Positions 33,610 to 44,533 of a stretch of 64,000 nt of DNA are shown here, in pieces. Position numbers and translations under genes: made by a program. This DNA comes from an uncultured Gemmataceae bacterium. Lineage in GTDB: Bacteria; Planctomycetota; Planctomycetia; Gemmatales; Gemmataceae. Position 1 is the first letter of the stretch; the number at the start of each line of letters is the position of its first letter. The stretch lies in NCBI GenBank assembly GCA_963750165.1, contig CAVVPN010000004.1, positions 544,001 through 608,000 of the forward strand, in the 5' to 3' direction. A model generated the notes under the pieces. The model saw only the letters and a program-made list of their open reading frames with translations, was not told where the DNA came from and made no database searches.

Positions 33610-34557
33610 TCACCGGGCCGGCGCCTGGCCCGCTTTCAGACCGACTGCCCGGCCATCCAGTTTCCACTCGGGGTCGATGCGCACGCCGAGGTGCGTCAGC
33701 GCGGTGACCGCCACATCGACGTTGCCGGTCCGCGCCGGCAGCGCCTCCCGACGGACGGACGGCCCGTGCAGGATCAGAAAGCCCGTGCGGACCTCCGGGA
33801 TTTTTTGGCCCAGGCTGTGGCCGCGCCCCTTGCCGCCGTGGTCCGTACACACGATGACCAGCCAGTCCTCGCGGTCATACGTCGGACGCTTGCGCAGGGC
33901 GGTCAGGATGCGGCTAATCTGTTCGTCCACCACCTCCAGACTCTTGGTGTAGCGCGGCGACTGCGGATGGAAGCCGTAGCCGTGGCCGGTGATGTCCACG
34001 GCGCCGAAGTAGACGAACACCAGGTCCGCGTCCCGCTTCTCGGCGAGGAACTTCACGGCGGCCTGCGTGACCTGACGGTCGCCCTCCTCGTAGCCGCGCT
34101 TGTCGCCGTCCAGCACGAACCGGCCGCCGTCGCGGGTTGGCAGCACGTGTTCCAGGAAAGGCGTCCAGGTGATGAACGCCGCGGTGACGGCGCCGGGCCG
34201 CGCCTGCTTGAGACGATGGAACAGCGCGGGGAACTGCGCTACCTTGTGCTTCCGAAAGGTGTTGTCCAGGACGCCGTGCTTGTCGGACCAGACGCCGGTC
34301 AGAGCGCTGGTCCAGCCCGGGCCGGTGCAGGTGTCGGCGGTCGTGGGCCGGTTGCCGAGCACGTCGCACTGCAGGGATACGGCGCCTTCCTTGATGAGGC
34401 GGTGCAGCGTGAACGCTTCCTTCGCGGCAGCGATGGCGTCCGGACGACAGCCGTCGATGCCGAGGATGAGCACTTTTTTGGCCGGCGGCTGCGCGGCTGC
34501 GGTGGGCACCAGCAGCGCGACGCACAACCAGCAACTCCAGAGGTGGCGCGCCCGCAT
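33610..34557 (-). CDS. Secreted alkaline phosphatase / nucleotide pyrophosphatase family protein
   Basis: KVLILGIDGCRPD, TGPGWTSALTG, VDITGH, CTDHGG. Confidence 0.88.
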   Translation of the reverse strand: MRARHLWSCWLCVALLVPTAAAQPPAKKVLILGIDGCRPDAIAAAKEAFTLHRLIKEGAVSLQCDVLGNRPTTADTCTGPGWTSALTGVWSDKHGVLDNTFRKHKVAQFPALFHRLKQARPGAVTAAFITWTPFLEHVLPTRDGGRFVLDGDKRGYEEGDRQVTQAAVKFLAEKRDADLVFVYFGAVDITGHGYGFHPQSPRYTKSLEVVDEQISRILTALRKRPTYDREDWLVIVCTDHGGKGRGHSLGQKIPEVRTGFLILHGPSVRREALPARTGNVDVAVTALTHLGVRIDPEWKLDGRAVGLKAGQAPAR

Positions 34558-34592
34558 GAGCAAACTCCTGTCGCTGGCGGGTGGAAGCGAAG

Positions 34593-34640
34593 CGCGTTTG
34601 GTCGGAGCCCGCGCTGGCGCTCGGGCTCCGACCAAACGCG
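34593..34640. repeat. Palindrome, internally shortened member of the 2688 family
   Basis: cgcgtttggtcggagcccg / cgggctccgaccaaacgcg. Confidence 0.8.
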
Positions 34641-34661
34641 AAAAATCATTACGATTCCGTA

Positions 34662-36242
34662 TTACTCGGTGAAGCCGGCCAGGCGCTGGCTGCGGCCGGG
34701 CTGGCGCAGCTTGATGAGGCCGCGCGCCTCGATCTGACGGATGCGTTCGCGGGTGATGCCGTAGGTCTTGGCGACCTCATCCAGCGTCCGCGGTTGGCCG
34801 TCCTTCAGACCGAAGCGCAGCTCGATCACCTCGCGCTCGCGCGGCGTCAGCGACCGCAGCACCTCGGCAATGCGCTCGCGCAGCAGGTGCTGATCGACCA
34901 TGTTCCCGGGGTTGCAAGCGCTGGGGTCGTCAAGGAAGTCGCCCAGGGCCCGCTCGCCTTCGCCGCCGAGCGGCTCATGCAGACTGATCGGGTGTCGTGA
35001 CACCACGCGCAGCGACCGCGTTTCCTCGGCGCTCACGCCCAGGCTGGCCGCGATCTCCTCGACCGTCGGCTCACGACCGTGCTCGATGGCCAGTTCGCCA
35101 CGGATGCGCTCCATCGCCGCCAGGGTGCCGACCTGATGGCACGGCACCCGCACCGTGCGGGCGTGGTCCGCCAGCGCCCGCGTGATGCCCTGCCGAATCC
35201 ACCACGTCGCATAGGTGCCGAACTTGAAGCCCTTGCGGTGCTCATATTTATCGACCGCCCGCATCAGGCCGCGGTTGCCCTCCTGGATCAGGTCCGCGAA
35301 CGACAGGCCGCGACCGCGGTAGCGCTTGGCGATGGCCACCACCAGCCGCAGATTGCCCTCGGCCAGCTCGCGCCGCGCCTGCTTGTAGGCGCTGTAGCGG
35401 GCGTCCAGGACGCGCAGCAGTTTTTCCAGGTCGTCAGCCGTGGTGTGCGCTCCCAGCGTCAGGTCGCGCAGTTCCTTGACCAGTTTGCTCAGGCGCACGC
35501 GATCCGCGGCGGAGCGGCTGCACGCGGTCATCTGCCGGTCCAGGTCGCGCAGGCCGCGCAGCCAGCGCGGCAAATCTTCCACCAACCGTTCGAGCAGTTC
35601 CGTCCGCGGCGACAGTTCCTCAACCAGGGCAATGCACTTGCGCTGCCGGCGCAACAGCGCCCGCCGCAGCCGGCCGCGACCGCTGGCGCTGGTGGTGCGC
35701 TGCAGGGCGCGGAAGTCGGCCGTCATGGCGTCGAGCAGGTGCAGCAGCGTGCGCAGGTTGTGCGGCAGCCGCGCCAGGATGTGCTCGCGCGTCAGTCCGA
35801 GGCTTTCCACCACGTCAATGGTCGGGTCCAGGGCCAGCTTGCCGAGCTGCACGCGCTCGAATGTCTCGGCAACGCGCCGCAGAGTCAGCCAGTTGGACAG
35901 GGCGGCACGACGGAAGCGGTTGCGCGTGTATTCCAGGCGCCGGGCCAGCGTCAGTTCCTGCTCCCGATTTAGCAGCGGGATGGCGCCCATTTGCCGCAGG
36001 TATAGTCCCAACGCATCGTCCGGGCCGTTCGTCCCTTCGGGATCGATCGGTTCGGCGGTGTCGGTCCCGGCGGTCAGCGTGGCCAGGTCCGGCTCCTCGT
36101 CGGCGAACGCCGGCGACACGTCCTCGTCGGGCGTGGCCGCGGCGCGCAGCCGAACGGGCGCCTCGCGCTCGAAGGCCAGGTCTGGGTCTCCGACCGGTGG
36201 TCGGCGGCGCATGCTGTTGTTATTTTTAACTTTGCGTTTCAT
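34662..36242 (-). CDS. RNA polymerase sigma factor, RpoD/SigA family
   Basis: LYLRQMGAIPLL (1.2), NLRLVVAIAKRY, DLIQEGN.GL, KFGTYATWWIRQ, TLDEVAK..ITRERIRQIE; no evident region 1.1. Confidence 0.93.
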   Translation of the reverse strand: MKRKVKNNNSMRRRPPVGDPDLAFEREAPVRLRAAATPDEDVSPAFADEEPDLATLTAGTDTAEPIDPEGTNGPDDALGLYLRQMGAIPLLNREQELTLARRLEYTRNRFRRAALSNWLTLRRVAETFERVQLGKLALDPTIDVVESLGLTREHILARLPHNLRTLLHLLDAMTADFRALQRTTSASGRGRLRRALLRRQRKCIALVEELSPRTELLERLVEDLPRWLRGLRDLDRQMTACSRSAADRVRLSKLVKELRDLTLGAHTTADDLEKLLRVLDARYSAYKQARRELAEGNLRLVVAIAKRYRGRGLSFADLIQEGNRGLMRAVDKYEHRKGFKFGTYATWWIRQGITRALADHARTVRVPCHQVGTLAAMERIRGELAIEHGREPTVEEIAASLGVSAEETRSLRVVSRHPISLHEPLGGEGERALGDFLDDPSACNPGNMVDQHLLRERIAEVLRSLTPREREVIELRFGLKDGQPRTLDEVAKTYGITRERIRQIEARGLIKLRQPGRSQRLAGFTE

Positions 36243-36605
36243 CGCTCTCGCCCCAAATGGGTCGTTCTGGTCCGGCGTGGGTGGTCTGCGTCTCGTGCCC
36301 CGGTCGGTTGTTGCCCTGGTGGGCAAGGCCATTTGCAATTAAACACCGGGTAGCAGCGCCGGTAATGAATGGCAGCGCCTCTATCCTTAAATACTACGGT
36401 GTAAAAGGGCCAGCGGGCAAACAACGACCGATCCGTTACAGTATTATAGGCAGGAACTTCCCTGTCGGCGCAACGGACCCGCTAGAGTTTTGACCACCGT
36501 GTCAAGGCCGTCGATACAGCGACTCCTCCTTGCTTGCAACCCGGCGGGAAGGCCGGTAAGGTAATTTCTAGTGAACCCCTCCACCATCGACCAGGATTTC
36601 CGCCA

Positions 36606-38890
36606 ATGGCCGCGCGTTTTTTGCCCCTGTTCGGACTCCTGCTCTCTTTCGCCTCGTTTGGCCTGGCGGGCGACGGCCCCGCCCGCCAGCCGCTGGAGAA
36701 GCCGTTGACGGCGGCCGCCCGCGGCCACTGGGCGTTCGTCAAGCCGGTACGGCCGGCGGTGCCGAAAGTGCAGCACGCCGATCAGGTGTCCACATCAGTG
36801 GACGCCTTTTTGCTGGCCCGCCTGGAAAAGCAGGGGCTGCACTTCGCGGCGGCGGCCGACCGGGCCACGCTGCTGCGCCGCGTCACCTTCGACCTGACGG
36901 GCCTGCCGCCCACGGTCGAAGAACTGGGAAACTTCCTCAAGGACACGCGGCCCGACGCTTATGTTCGCGTGGTCGAGCGGCTGCTGGCGTCGCCGCACCA
37001 TGGCGAGCGCCGGGCGCAGCACTGGCTGGACGTGGTGCGATACGCCGAGTCGAACGGCTACGAACTCGACGCCGACCGGCCGCACGCCTGGCGCTACCGC
37101 GATTACGTGGTGAACGCCTTCAACGCGGATAAGCCGTATGACCAGTTCCTCCGCGAGCAGCTGGCCGGCGATCTGCTAGCGCGCGGCAAGGACCCGCTCA
37201 AACAGGCGAACCTGTTGATCGCGACCGGCTTCAACCGCTGCGGCCCGATCCATCAGGTCAGCGGCAATCTCGACCCAGACGTGACACGGCAGGAGGTGCT
37301 GACCGAGATGACCACCGCGATCGGCTCGGCGGTGCTCGGCCTGACGGTCCACTGCGCGCGCTGTCACGATCACAAGTTTGATCCTATCTCGCAGGCGGAC
37401 TACTACCGCTTACAAGCATACTTCACGAAAGCGAAGTTCCGCGAAATTGACATCGCTCCCGCCGCGGAGAAGGCGGCGCACGACCGGCAACTCGCGGAGT
37501 TGCACGCCCAGCAGGAGCCGCTGAAGAAGCAGCTGAACGCGCTGGAGGCGCCCTATCGCAGCACGCTCCAGAAGCGCAAGCGGCGCAGCTGGAGCCGGAA
37601 TTTCGCGACGCCCTGGCGGTGCCGGACGCGAAGCGGACGCCAGGACAAAAGAAGCTGGCCAACCAGGCGTCCACCTTGATCCGCGTCACCTGGGACGAGA
37701 TTCTGAAGGAGATGACGCCGGCGCATCGCAAGGCCAAGGCGGACCTGCGGGCGCAGCTGCACGCCCTGGAGGCCAAACGGCCGCTGCCGGCGGCGCGGGC
37801 CTGGTCGATTGAGGATGACGCGGCGCTGCCGGCGACGCACCTGCTGCTGCGCGGCAACCCAAAGAAGAAGGGCCCGAAGTTGGCAGCGGCGCCGCCGCGT
37901 GTGCTGCTTGATCCGCAGGGGCCGGCGCCGCAGGGCACGGATCGGCTGGCGCTGGCCGACTGGCTGACGCGGCCGGACCACCCGTTGACGGCGCGGGTGA
38001 TCGTGAATCGGCTCTGGCAGCACCACTTTGGCCGCGGCATCGTGGCGACGCCGAACGACTTCGGCATCCGTGGCGACGCGCCGAGCCACCCCGAGTTGCT
38101 GGACTGGCTGGCGACGGAGTTTGTGGCGAAGGGGTGGTCGGTCAAACACCTGCACCGGCTGATGGTGCTCTCGACGGCGTACCGGCAGGAGAGCCGGGTG
38201 GACAGCGCGAAGGCACGCAAGTTCGACCCGGACAACGCGCTGCTGTGGCGGATGAATCGGCGGCGGCTGGAAGGCGAGACGCTGCGCGACAATCTGCTGG
38301 CGGTGGCGGGCACGCTGAATCGCAAGCTGGGCGGCCCGATGGTGCGGGTGCCGCTGGAGCCGGAGGTGTACGAGCTGATCTTCACGGAGGGTGAACCGGA
38401 CGGCCTGTGGCACGTGACGCCGGACGTGCGCGAGCACACGCGGCGGACGTTGTACCTGTTCGCCAAGCGCAACGTGCGGCTGCCGCTGCTGGAGGCGTTC
38501 GACCAACCGGACACGCTGACCTCGTGCCCGGTGCGCGGCGTCAGCACGTTCGCGCCGCAGGCGCTGATCCTGTTCAACGGCCCGCTGGCGCAGGCGCAGA
38601 GCCGGGCGTTCGCGCTGCGGCTGCTGAAGGAGTGTGGCACCGACGCGGACAAACAGGTGCGGCGGGCGTACCAGTTGGCGTTCGGTCGCGAGCCGCGGCC
38701 GGCGGACCAGAAATTGGCGCTGGCGTTTTTGAGCGAGCAGCGGGCGCTGGTGCAAAAGCGCGTCGATGCGGGCGAGCAGGTGGCGCACCCGACGCCGCTG
38801 CCGAAGGGTGTCACGGTGGCGGAGGCGGCGGCGCTGGGGGATTTTTGTTTGGCGCTGATGAATAGCAATGAGTTTGTTTATGTGAGGTAA
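36606..38890 (+). CDS. DUF1549/DUF1553 (PSCyt2/PSD1) protein (apparent frameshift near 37583)
   Basis: LLRRVTFDLTGLPP, WLDVVRYAES, CARCHDHKFDP; HPLTARVIVNRLWQHHFGRG, HPELLDWLA, LMNSNEF. Confidence 0.9.
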
Positions 38891-38915
38891 TCACCAACCA
38901 CACAGGAACCAAGTT

Positions 38916-39536
38916 ATGAATGCTGATGTTGATGAATTCGACGTGGTCTCGGCGTCGTTTCAATCCTTACCGGGAAAAAATGACCCGGATGGCCTGCCGG
39001 TCCGAAGTGCCCCGAGACCCGCTGTTGGATGGAAAACCATGTCCACCATCACCAAGATGCCTTCCCTGTGTTCGGCGGCAGAGATCGAAGCCTTCCGGGA
39101 ATTGGTCGGCAGGGGCAAGGAAGTGACCGCCGAGGGGCTGGACGACCGGATCAAGGCGGCCAGGGCGTTGGTCTTCCACTCCCTGCAGGGGCAAGTGATT
39201 GGCGTGGCGGCCCTCAAGACTCCGGCGGCGGCGCGGCGGCAAAAAGTGTTTCACAAGGCCCAGGCCCCACAGGATCCTGACGATTATCCCTTTGAAGCCG
39301 GCTGGCTCTTTGTCTCGCCCGCACACCGGGGCAAGGGCTTATCCCGAGAACTCCTCGGAGCCATCCTCGAATCCGCACAGGGCCGAGGTGTCTTCGCGAC
39401 CACTCGCTCCGAGAACGGGCCGATGCGGCGGACGCTGGAACGGTTTGGCTTTGTCGAAACTGGGAACTCGTATCCATCGGAACGCGGCGAGTATACGCTG
39501 TGCCTGTTCCTCCGACCAGGTGGCGAGCACGAATAA
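38916..39536 (+). CDS. GNAT-family acetyltransferase (start may be 39039)
   Basis: FVSPAHRGKGLS motif A, N..MRRTLERFGF. Confidence 0.75.
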   Translation: MNADVDEFDVVSASFQSLPGKNDPDGLPVRSAPRPAVGWKTMSTITKMPSLCSAAEIEAFRELVGRGKEVTAEGLDDRIKAARALVFHSLQGQVIGVAALKTPAAARRQKVFHKAQAPQDPDDYPFEAGWLFVSPAHRGKGLSRELLGAILESAQGRGVFATTRSENGPMRRTLERFGFVETGNSYPSERGEYTLCLFLRPGGEHE

Positions 39537-39569
39537 AACCCTGGCACTCTGGCTTGGCAGGAGGAAAAC

Positions 39570-39666
39570 ATGGCGCAGGCATACAACCCCATTGTGCGGA
39601 CGTTCAACCGGCTCCGGGCGGTGCTGGTGAGCAGCCTGGGCGTGACCCGGCAACAAGTTCACCCGG
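39570..39666 (+). pseudogene. 5' fragment of a gene, weakly acyl-carrier-like
   Basis: AGGAGG RBS, then MAQAYNPIVRTFNRLRAVLVSSLGVTRQQVHP running into the antisense of the protease fragment. Confidence 0.35.
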
Positions 39667-39798
39667 CTGGGGGAGCACCAGTTCGCCCGTAAAACCAGTG
39701 TCGATCCAGGCGTTCAACTCCGATTCGGTGCCGGCAACGGGGCGCCGTAAGCGAATCCGCAGCAAGGCGCGACCGGCTTGATCGACTACCCCGGTCAT
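39664..39798 (-). pseudogene. Truncated clan AA aspartic protease
   Basis: MTGVVDQAGRALLRI..AWIDTGFTGELVLP (DTG motif); similarity ends after about 45 codons; ATGA overlap with upstream gene. Confidence 0.7.
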
Positions 39799-40037
39799 GG
39801 TTGGCCCGCTCCGAGCTGAACCGTGACAGCGTGACCGATGCGGAGCACGCATGTTCGCCGGTTCGGATACATCTGGTGAGCCGCCGCGGACGCTTCACTC
39901 AGGGTCCGCCCCAAAAAATACTCCCCGGAATCCGGCTCGATGGCCACGAAATAATCCGGGTGGGTACGCTCCAACTCCGACCGCAACCGCTCGTCGTACA
40001 CGTGTTCCGCTCGCCGAACGAGGTCCGCTGTGTCCAT
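39795..40037 (-). CDS. Small DUF5678-like protein (usual partner of the aspartic protease)
   Basis: LERTHPDYFVAIEPDSGEYFLG..VLRIG; GGAG RBS. Confidence 0.7.
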   Translation of the reverse strand: MDTADLVRRAEHVYDERLRSELERTHPDYFVAIEPDSGEYFLGRTLSEASAAAHQMYPNRRTCVLRIGHAVTVQLGAGQP

Positions 40038-40111
40038 CGCTCCATTCTCCCAGGTTATTGGGGCACTGATTGATTGCTAATTCTACGGTGCGAAGTGGGG
40101 GATGGAGGGGG

Positions 40112-40186
40112 TGTAGGACGGCTCTCCAGAGCCGTCTGCTGCCGCAGCAGACGGCTCTGGAGAGCCGTCCTACAGAGCCGTCCTAC
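40112..40186. repeat. GTAG-type REP doublet with a short duplicated tail (same family as 57423-57483)
   Basis: gtaggacggctctccagagccgtc...gacggctctggagagccgtcctac plus extra gagccgtcctac. Confidence 0.9.
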
Positions 40187-40335
40187 GGTTGCACAGCATG
40201 TCCCTTGCCCCTGCGTGAGAGCGCGTGGCGGTTGGGGGTAGCGGAAGTCGCCAGCCTGCCGCTACCCCCGAGGGCCAACCGCGCTAGCGTCTGGTGTCCG
40301 AGTACACCTTGCACCGGGGCAGCGCCCGGCGCAGC

Positions 40336-41707
40336 TCAGCGATGCCAGCATTCGTCAGTTTGGGGCAATCCTGGAGAGACAACGTTTGCAGTCTGTCGCA
40401 ACCCGGCGAGGTCCTTCAGCCCTGCGTCCGAAATCCCGGCCCCCCGCAGGCTCAGCATCTCGAGTTGTGCCAGTCCGGCCAGATCCTTCAGCCCCGCGTC
40501 CGTCAGCTTGCACGGTTCCAACCTTAGCGACCGTAATTGCTTCAGGGCGGCCAGGTTCTTCACGCCTGCGTCCGTCACCTGGGCGCCGCCGAGCCACAGG
40601 TCCTGGAGTTGCTTCAGGGCTGCCAGTTCTTTCAGACCCTCGTCGGTCACCGGCGTGTTGAGGAGATTCAGCGTTTTGAGTCGCTTCAGCGTGGCCAGTT
40701 CCTTCAGGCCCGCCGCCGTGATGAAGGTCTGGTGGATGGCCAGGTGTTGTAACTGTTTCAGGGCGGCCAGTTCCTTCATGCCCGCGTCCGTCACACCACG
40801 GGCGTCGTTGAGTTCCAGTTTTTGCAGGCGCTTGAACGGGGCCAGTTCCTTCAGCCCCGCGTCGTTGACAGCGGTGCAGGTCAGATCGAGCGCTTCGAGT
40901 TGCTTCAGGCCGGCCAGGTCCCGTAGCCCCGCCCCCGTCACCATGGTGTGGTTCAAGTTCAGCGACCGCAGTCTGCGTCAGGGGCGCTGACTCCTTCAGG
41001 CCGGCGTCCGTGATGTTGCGGTAGGTCTCCGCGAGGTCCAGCGCCTGCAGCTGTTTCAAGACGGCCAGTTCCTTCAGGCCCCCGTCCGTGACGTGCGTTC
41101 CGCGCAGGCTGAGCGACTGGAGCTGTTTCAGGCCGGCCAACGTGCGCAGGCCGGTGTCGGTCACGCGGGTTCCTCTCAGGTTCAACGACCGCAGTTGCTC
41201 CAGCCCCGCCAGCACCTTCAACCCCTCGTCCGTCACGCGGGTATTTCTCCCGCCACTGAGGTCCAGCGCCTCCAGTTGCTTCAGGGCGGCCACGCCGGAC
41301 AGTCCCGCGTCAGTCACCCGGGTTTGTTGCAGGTCCAGCACGCGCAGTTGCCGCAAGCCCGCCAACGCCTTCAGGCCGGCGCCCGTCACCGGAGTCCCCT
41401 TCAAACTCAGGGACTGCAACCCTTTCAAGGCGGCCAACTCCTGCAAGGCGACATCCGTGACCGTGGTGTATTCGAGTTCCAGCGTCGTCAGGTGCTTCAG
41501 GCCGGCCAGGGGTTCCAGGCTGAAGTTCGTCACCCGCGGGCCGGTGAGGCGAACCGCGACCACTGGCTTGCCCGGCCGGGTCTCATCGCGGGTGACCGTG
41601 CCCTCGCTGTACAGGACGAACTTGACGGCCCTGTCCTCGGCCTCGTCGGCGCGAGACGGGGGCGGCGTCAACAGCAACAACGCCAGGAGTAGGATCGCGC
41701 GACGCAT
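40336..41707 (-). CDS. Secreted leucine-rich repeat protein (24-aa LRR); frameshift near 40972, possibly a pseudogene
   Basis: Signal peptide; repeated VTDAGLKELAALKQLQ.L.L; two ORFs in different frames; C-terminus ends abruptly. Confidence 0.85.
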
Positions 41708-41997
41708 GGAAGAACTCCTCGGAGTAGGGAATCCTCTGTCAGTGTTTCGGACCGGCGGACAAGTTGCAAGGATTTTTCCCCTGCACTCAAGACTGCCTGA
41801 AGGCGGAACGACGAACGAAGCAGGAGCATTCCGCCACCGCTCCTGGTTCTTTCATAAGGAGCCCAATCACCCGAAGGTTGCCAGATCTCGACGTATGAAA
41901 AAGATGGCCCCCTTGGCCCCCTTGGCCCCCTTGCTCTGTCAACCGCCGCCAGGCGGCGACCTGCTGTGCCAACCGTCCGAGCCGTCTCGGCCCCGCC

Positions 41998-42975
41998 TCA
42001 CAACTTCCCCGCCTGCCACGTCGCCAGCGCCGGGTACGCCTCGCGCTTGGCCGAGAATAACCCCCAGGCCCCCTCGATGGGCAGCTTCGACGCGGCGACC
42101 TTCCACGGCAAATCAAAAGCGTCGAAGGCCACGCCGTGGTAGACCCACGCCCCGCCCGCGTCCGCCGGCCGCGCCAGCAGTCCCGGCTTGAGGTACGCCG
42201 CCCAGAACGCCCGCTGCGTCGCCGGGGTGTACGGGGCCTTGCCGCCGTGTGGGAAGCCCGTCTCCTTGAGCAGCACCGGCCGCTTTGCCTGCTTCGCCAG
42301 CGCCGCCGCCTGCTCGCGCGCCCACGCCGCCGCCGCGGCCGCCTCCAGCTGCGGCCGGTCAAACACCGGATGGATATTCGGAGCCAAAAAGTCGCCGAAG
42401 TCGCGCACGAACGCCGAGCGGTAGCCGACCAGCGGCTCACTCGTCGAGAGCGGCACCGTCTTCGGCAACTGCGACCGCAGCCGGGCCGCCGCGAACTTCA
42501 CGTCGTCTGGCTCGTAGCGCTTGAAGGTGATGCCCTCGTTGCCGACCAGCACGCCCAGTGCGAAATCCTGGTGGTGCAGTCGCGCCAGCGCCGCCACGCC
42601 GTCCACCTCCGCCGCCGACTTCGGGTCCCAGATCGCCAGCAGGAGGGCCTTGAATTTCAGTTCCTTCGCGACCGCCACCAACCGCGGCGTACAGCCCTCG
42701 TGGTAGCCGTACAGCACCAGGCCGTCGAAGACCGGCCGCAGTTTTTCCAGGTCGGCGCGGATCGAACTGGTCGGCAGTTTGCGCTGGTTGGCCTCCTGAC
42801 GCGGGTCCAGCTGCGACGGCGTGTAGGTAATCATGCGCGGCGGCGGCGTGGTGGTCAGGTACTCGAAGAAGGGGAAGCGCCGGTCCACGCCGCCGCCCTC
42901 CTGCGCCGGCAGCGCCGCGGCGACGGGGACGAGGACGATCAGCAGCAACACGGATCGGCAAAGTGGTGTTCGCAT
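41998..42975 (-). CDS. Secreted glycoside hydrolase, GH17-like
   Basis: LVGNEG and LLKETGFP (two clan GH-A Glu motifs), NIHPVF, AFDLPWK..WGLF. Confidence 0.8.
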   Translation of the reverse strand: MRTPLCRSVLLLIVLVPVAAALPAQEGGGVDRRFPFFEYLTTTPPPRMITYTPSQLDPRQEANQRKLPTSSIRADLEKLRPVFDGLVLYGYHEGCTPRLVAVAKELKFKALLLAIWDPKSAAEVDGVAALARLHHQDFALGVLVGNEGITFKRYEPDDVKFAAARLRSQLPKTVPLSTSEPLVGYRSAFVRDFGDFLAPNIHPVFDRPQLEAAAAAAWAREQAAALAKQAKRPVLLKETGFPHGGKAPYTPATQRAFWAAYLKPGLLARPADAGGAWVYHGVAFDAFDLPWKVAASKLPIEGAWGLFSAKREAYPALATWQAGKL

Positions 42976-43113
42976 CGGCCCCTCGGGATGTTGTGGGCGT
43001 GGGGAGTATGTTATTCCGGGAGGGGCACGGCAGCAGGGCCGAGCAAACAAAACAACCGGGCCAGACTGGATTGCCTGGCCCGGTCGCTTCGGTCAGCTGC
43101 GTCGGGGACGCAA

Positions 43114-43584
43114 TCACGGCACGTCCGGGCGCGGGGTCGCGGCCGCGGGCGGTTGCAGCGGCGGCCAGCAAGCCTGCACGGTGGGCGCGCGGCGGCCGCC
43201 GAGCAGGTGCTGGATCGCCAGGGCCACGACGTTGGCCAGTTGTTGCTTCTTGCTGGGGATCGCGTTGGGGTTCACCTGAGAGTTGGTGCCCTCGAAGATT
43301 TTCAGGCGCTCGGCGTGGCGAATGATGGTCGGCACGGCGGGTTTGGCCAGGTCGCCCAGCTGCTGCAGGGCGAGCACGGTCACCGCGAAGGTTTCCGGCG
43401 CTTCCGTGCTGCCCAGAATTTCAACGAGTTCCTTGACAATCTCCCGATCCGCTTCCGCGGCGCCGGGGCTGACGGATGTGGCCGCGGTCTTGCTGGTCTG
43501 GGCGCCGGCGCTGCCGGGCTGGGCGGCCAGCAGCGCCGCCAGGGCCAGCACGACCCACTTCAGTTGGCTTCGGTTCATGAGCAT
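43114..43584 (-). CDS. Secreted hypothetical protein (paralog of 43623-44246)
   Basis: Shared REIVKELVEILGSTE..AKPAVPTIIRHAERLKIF..PNAIPSKKQQLAN; GGAGG RBS. Confidence 0.75.
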   Translation of the reverse strand: MLMNRSQLKWVVLALAALLAAQPGSAGAQTSKTAATSVSPGAAEADREIVKELVEILGSTEAPETFAVTVLALQQLGDLAKPAVPTIIRHAERLKIFEGTNSQVNPNAIPSKKQQLANVVALAIQHLLGGRRAPTVQACWPPLQPPAAATPRPDVP

Positions 43585-43622
43585 GGTCCTCCTTGACAGG
43601 GCGGGTGGGCAACCGGCGCGGC

Positions 43623-44246
43623 TCAATAATCATTCGGCAGCGGGGGCTGCGGCACCGGGGCAGGCAGGACGGACGGTGCGACCGGTACGGGCACCATCGG
43701 GCGTTGCTGGTACGCGGCAACCGGGGCGCAGGCCGGGGCTGTCTGGGGCCGGTTGCCGTTCAGCAGATGCACGATCGACTCGGCGACAGCGTTGGCCAGC
43801 TGTTGCTTCTTGCTGGGGACGGCGTTCGGGTGGACCATGGCGCTGGCGCCGCTGAAAATCTTCAGCCGCTCGGCGTTGCGGATGATGGCGGGCACAGCGG
43901 GTTTGGCCGGCTCGCCCAGCTGCTCCAGGGCCATCACCGTCAGCGCGAACGTGGTCGGCGACTCCGTGCTGCCGAGGATGTCCACCAGTTCCTTGACGAT
44001 CTCCCGATTGACTTCCGCGGGGCTCGGGCTGGCGGTGGCTGGGGTGTAGTACACGGACTGGCCGACGGTGGCGCCGGCGACAGCCCCCAGGACGCTGGAC
44101 ACGACGGCGGCCTCCGCGGCGGGTTCCTTCGCGGCCCGGCGTGACTTCTTCTTTTGCACGGCGTCACTGGTTGGTCCGGTCAGCAGCAGCACGGCCAGCG
44201 CCAGCACGGTCCACTTCGCTTTGACTCGTTTCATGGTCCGGGTCAT
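43623..44246 (-). CDS. Secreted hypothetical protein (paralog of 43114-43584)
   Basis: REIVKELVDILGSTE..AKPAVPAIIRNAERLKIF..PNAVPSKKQQLAN; Pro-rich tail. Confidence 0.75.
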   Translation of the reverse strand: MTRTMKRVKAKWTVLALAVLLLTGPTSDAVQKKKSRRAAKEPAAEAAVVSSVLGAVAGATVGQSVYYTPATASPSPAEVNREIVKELVDILGSTESPTTFALTVMALEQLGEPAKPAVPAIIRNAERLKIFSGASAMVHPNAVPSKKQQLANAVAESIVHLLNGNRPQTAPACAPVAAYQQRPMVPVPVAPSVLPAPVPQPPLPNDY

Positions 44247-44533
44247 CCTTGACGGGAAGGGCGGGCGACCAACGACGGGCCGGAATCTACCCCAAGCGGC
44301 GGGGCGTTACAAGATTGATCCCGGCGCGCGGCTTTGCTACGCAAAGCCAGTCTGTGAGATGAAGTGAGACGAAAGCCCTCCCTGGCACTATCTGAATTAT
44401 ACCGCCCAGCCCGCTTTCGGGGAACGGCTCTGGGCAAGTGGTTGGTCGGGCCTTGCCACCCTTACTATTTTCCCGTTATCTGCGAACAGGCGATACCGCC
44501 CGCCGACACTTACTTTCTGCGGAGGCTCCCTGC

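Noticed and set aside
41906..41933. Short tandem repeat (ggccccctt-like x3)
   Set aside because: Too short and isolated to support a function
44330..44380. c-di-GMP-I riboswitch (acgcaaagcc) or hammerhead ribozyme
   Set aside because: gcaaagcc is just one arm of the hairpin ggctttgc-tac-gcaaagcc; the other conserved elements and a CUGANGA core are absent
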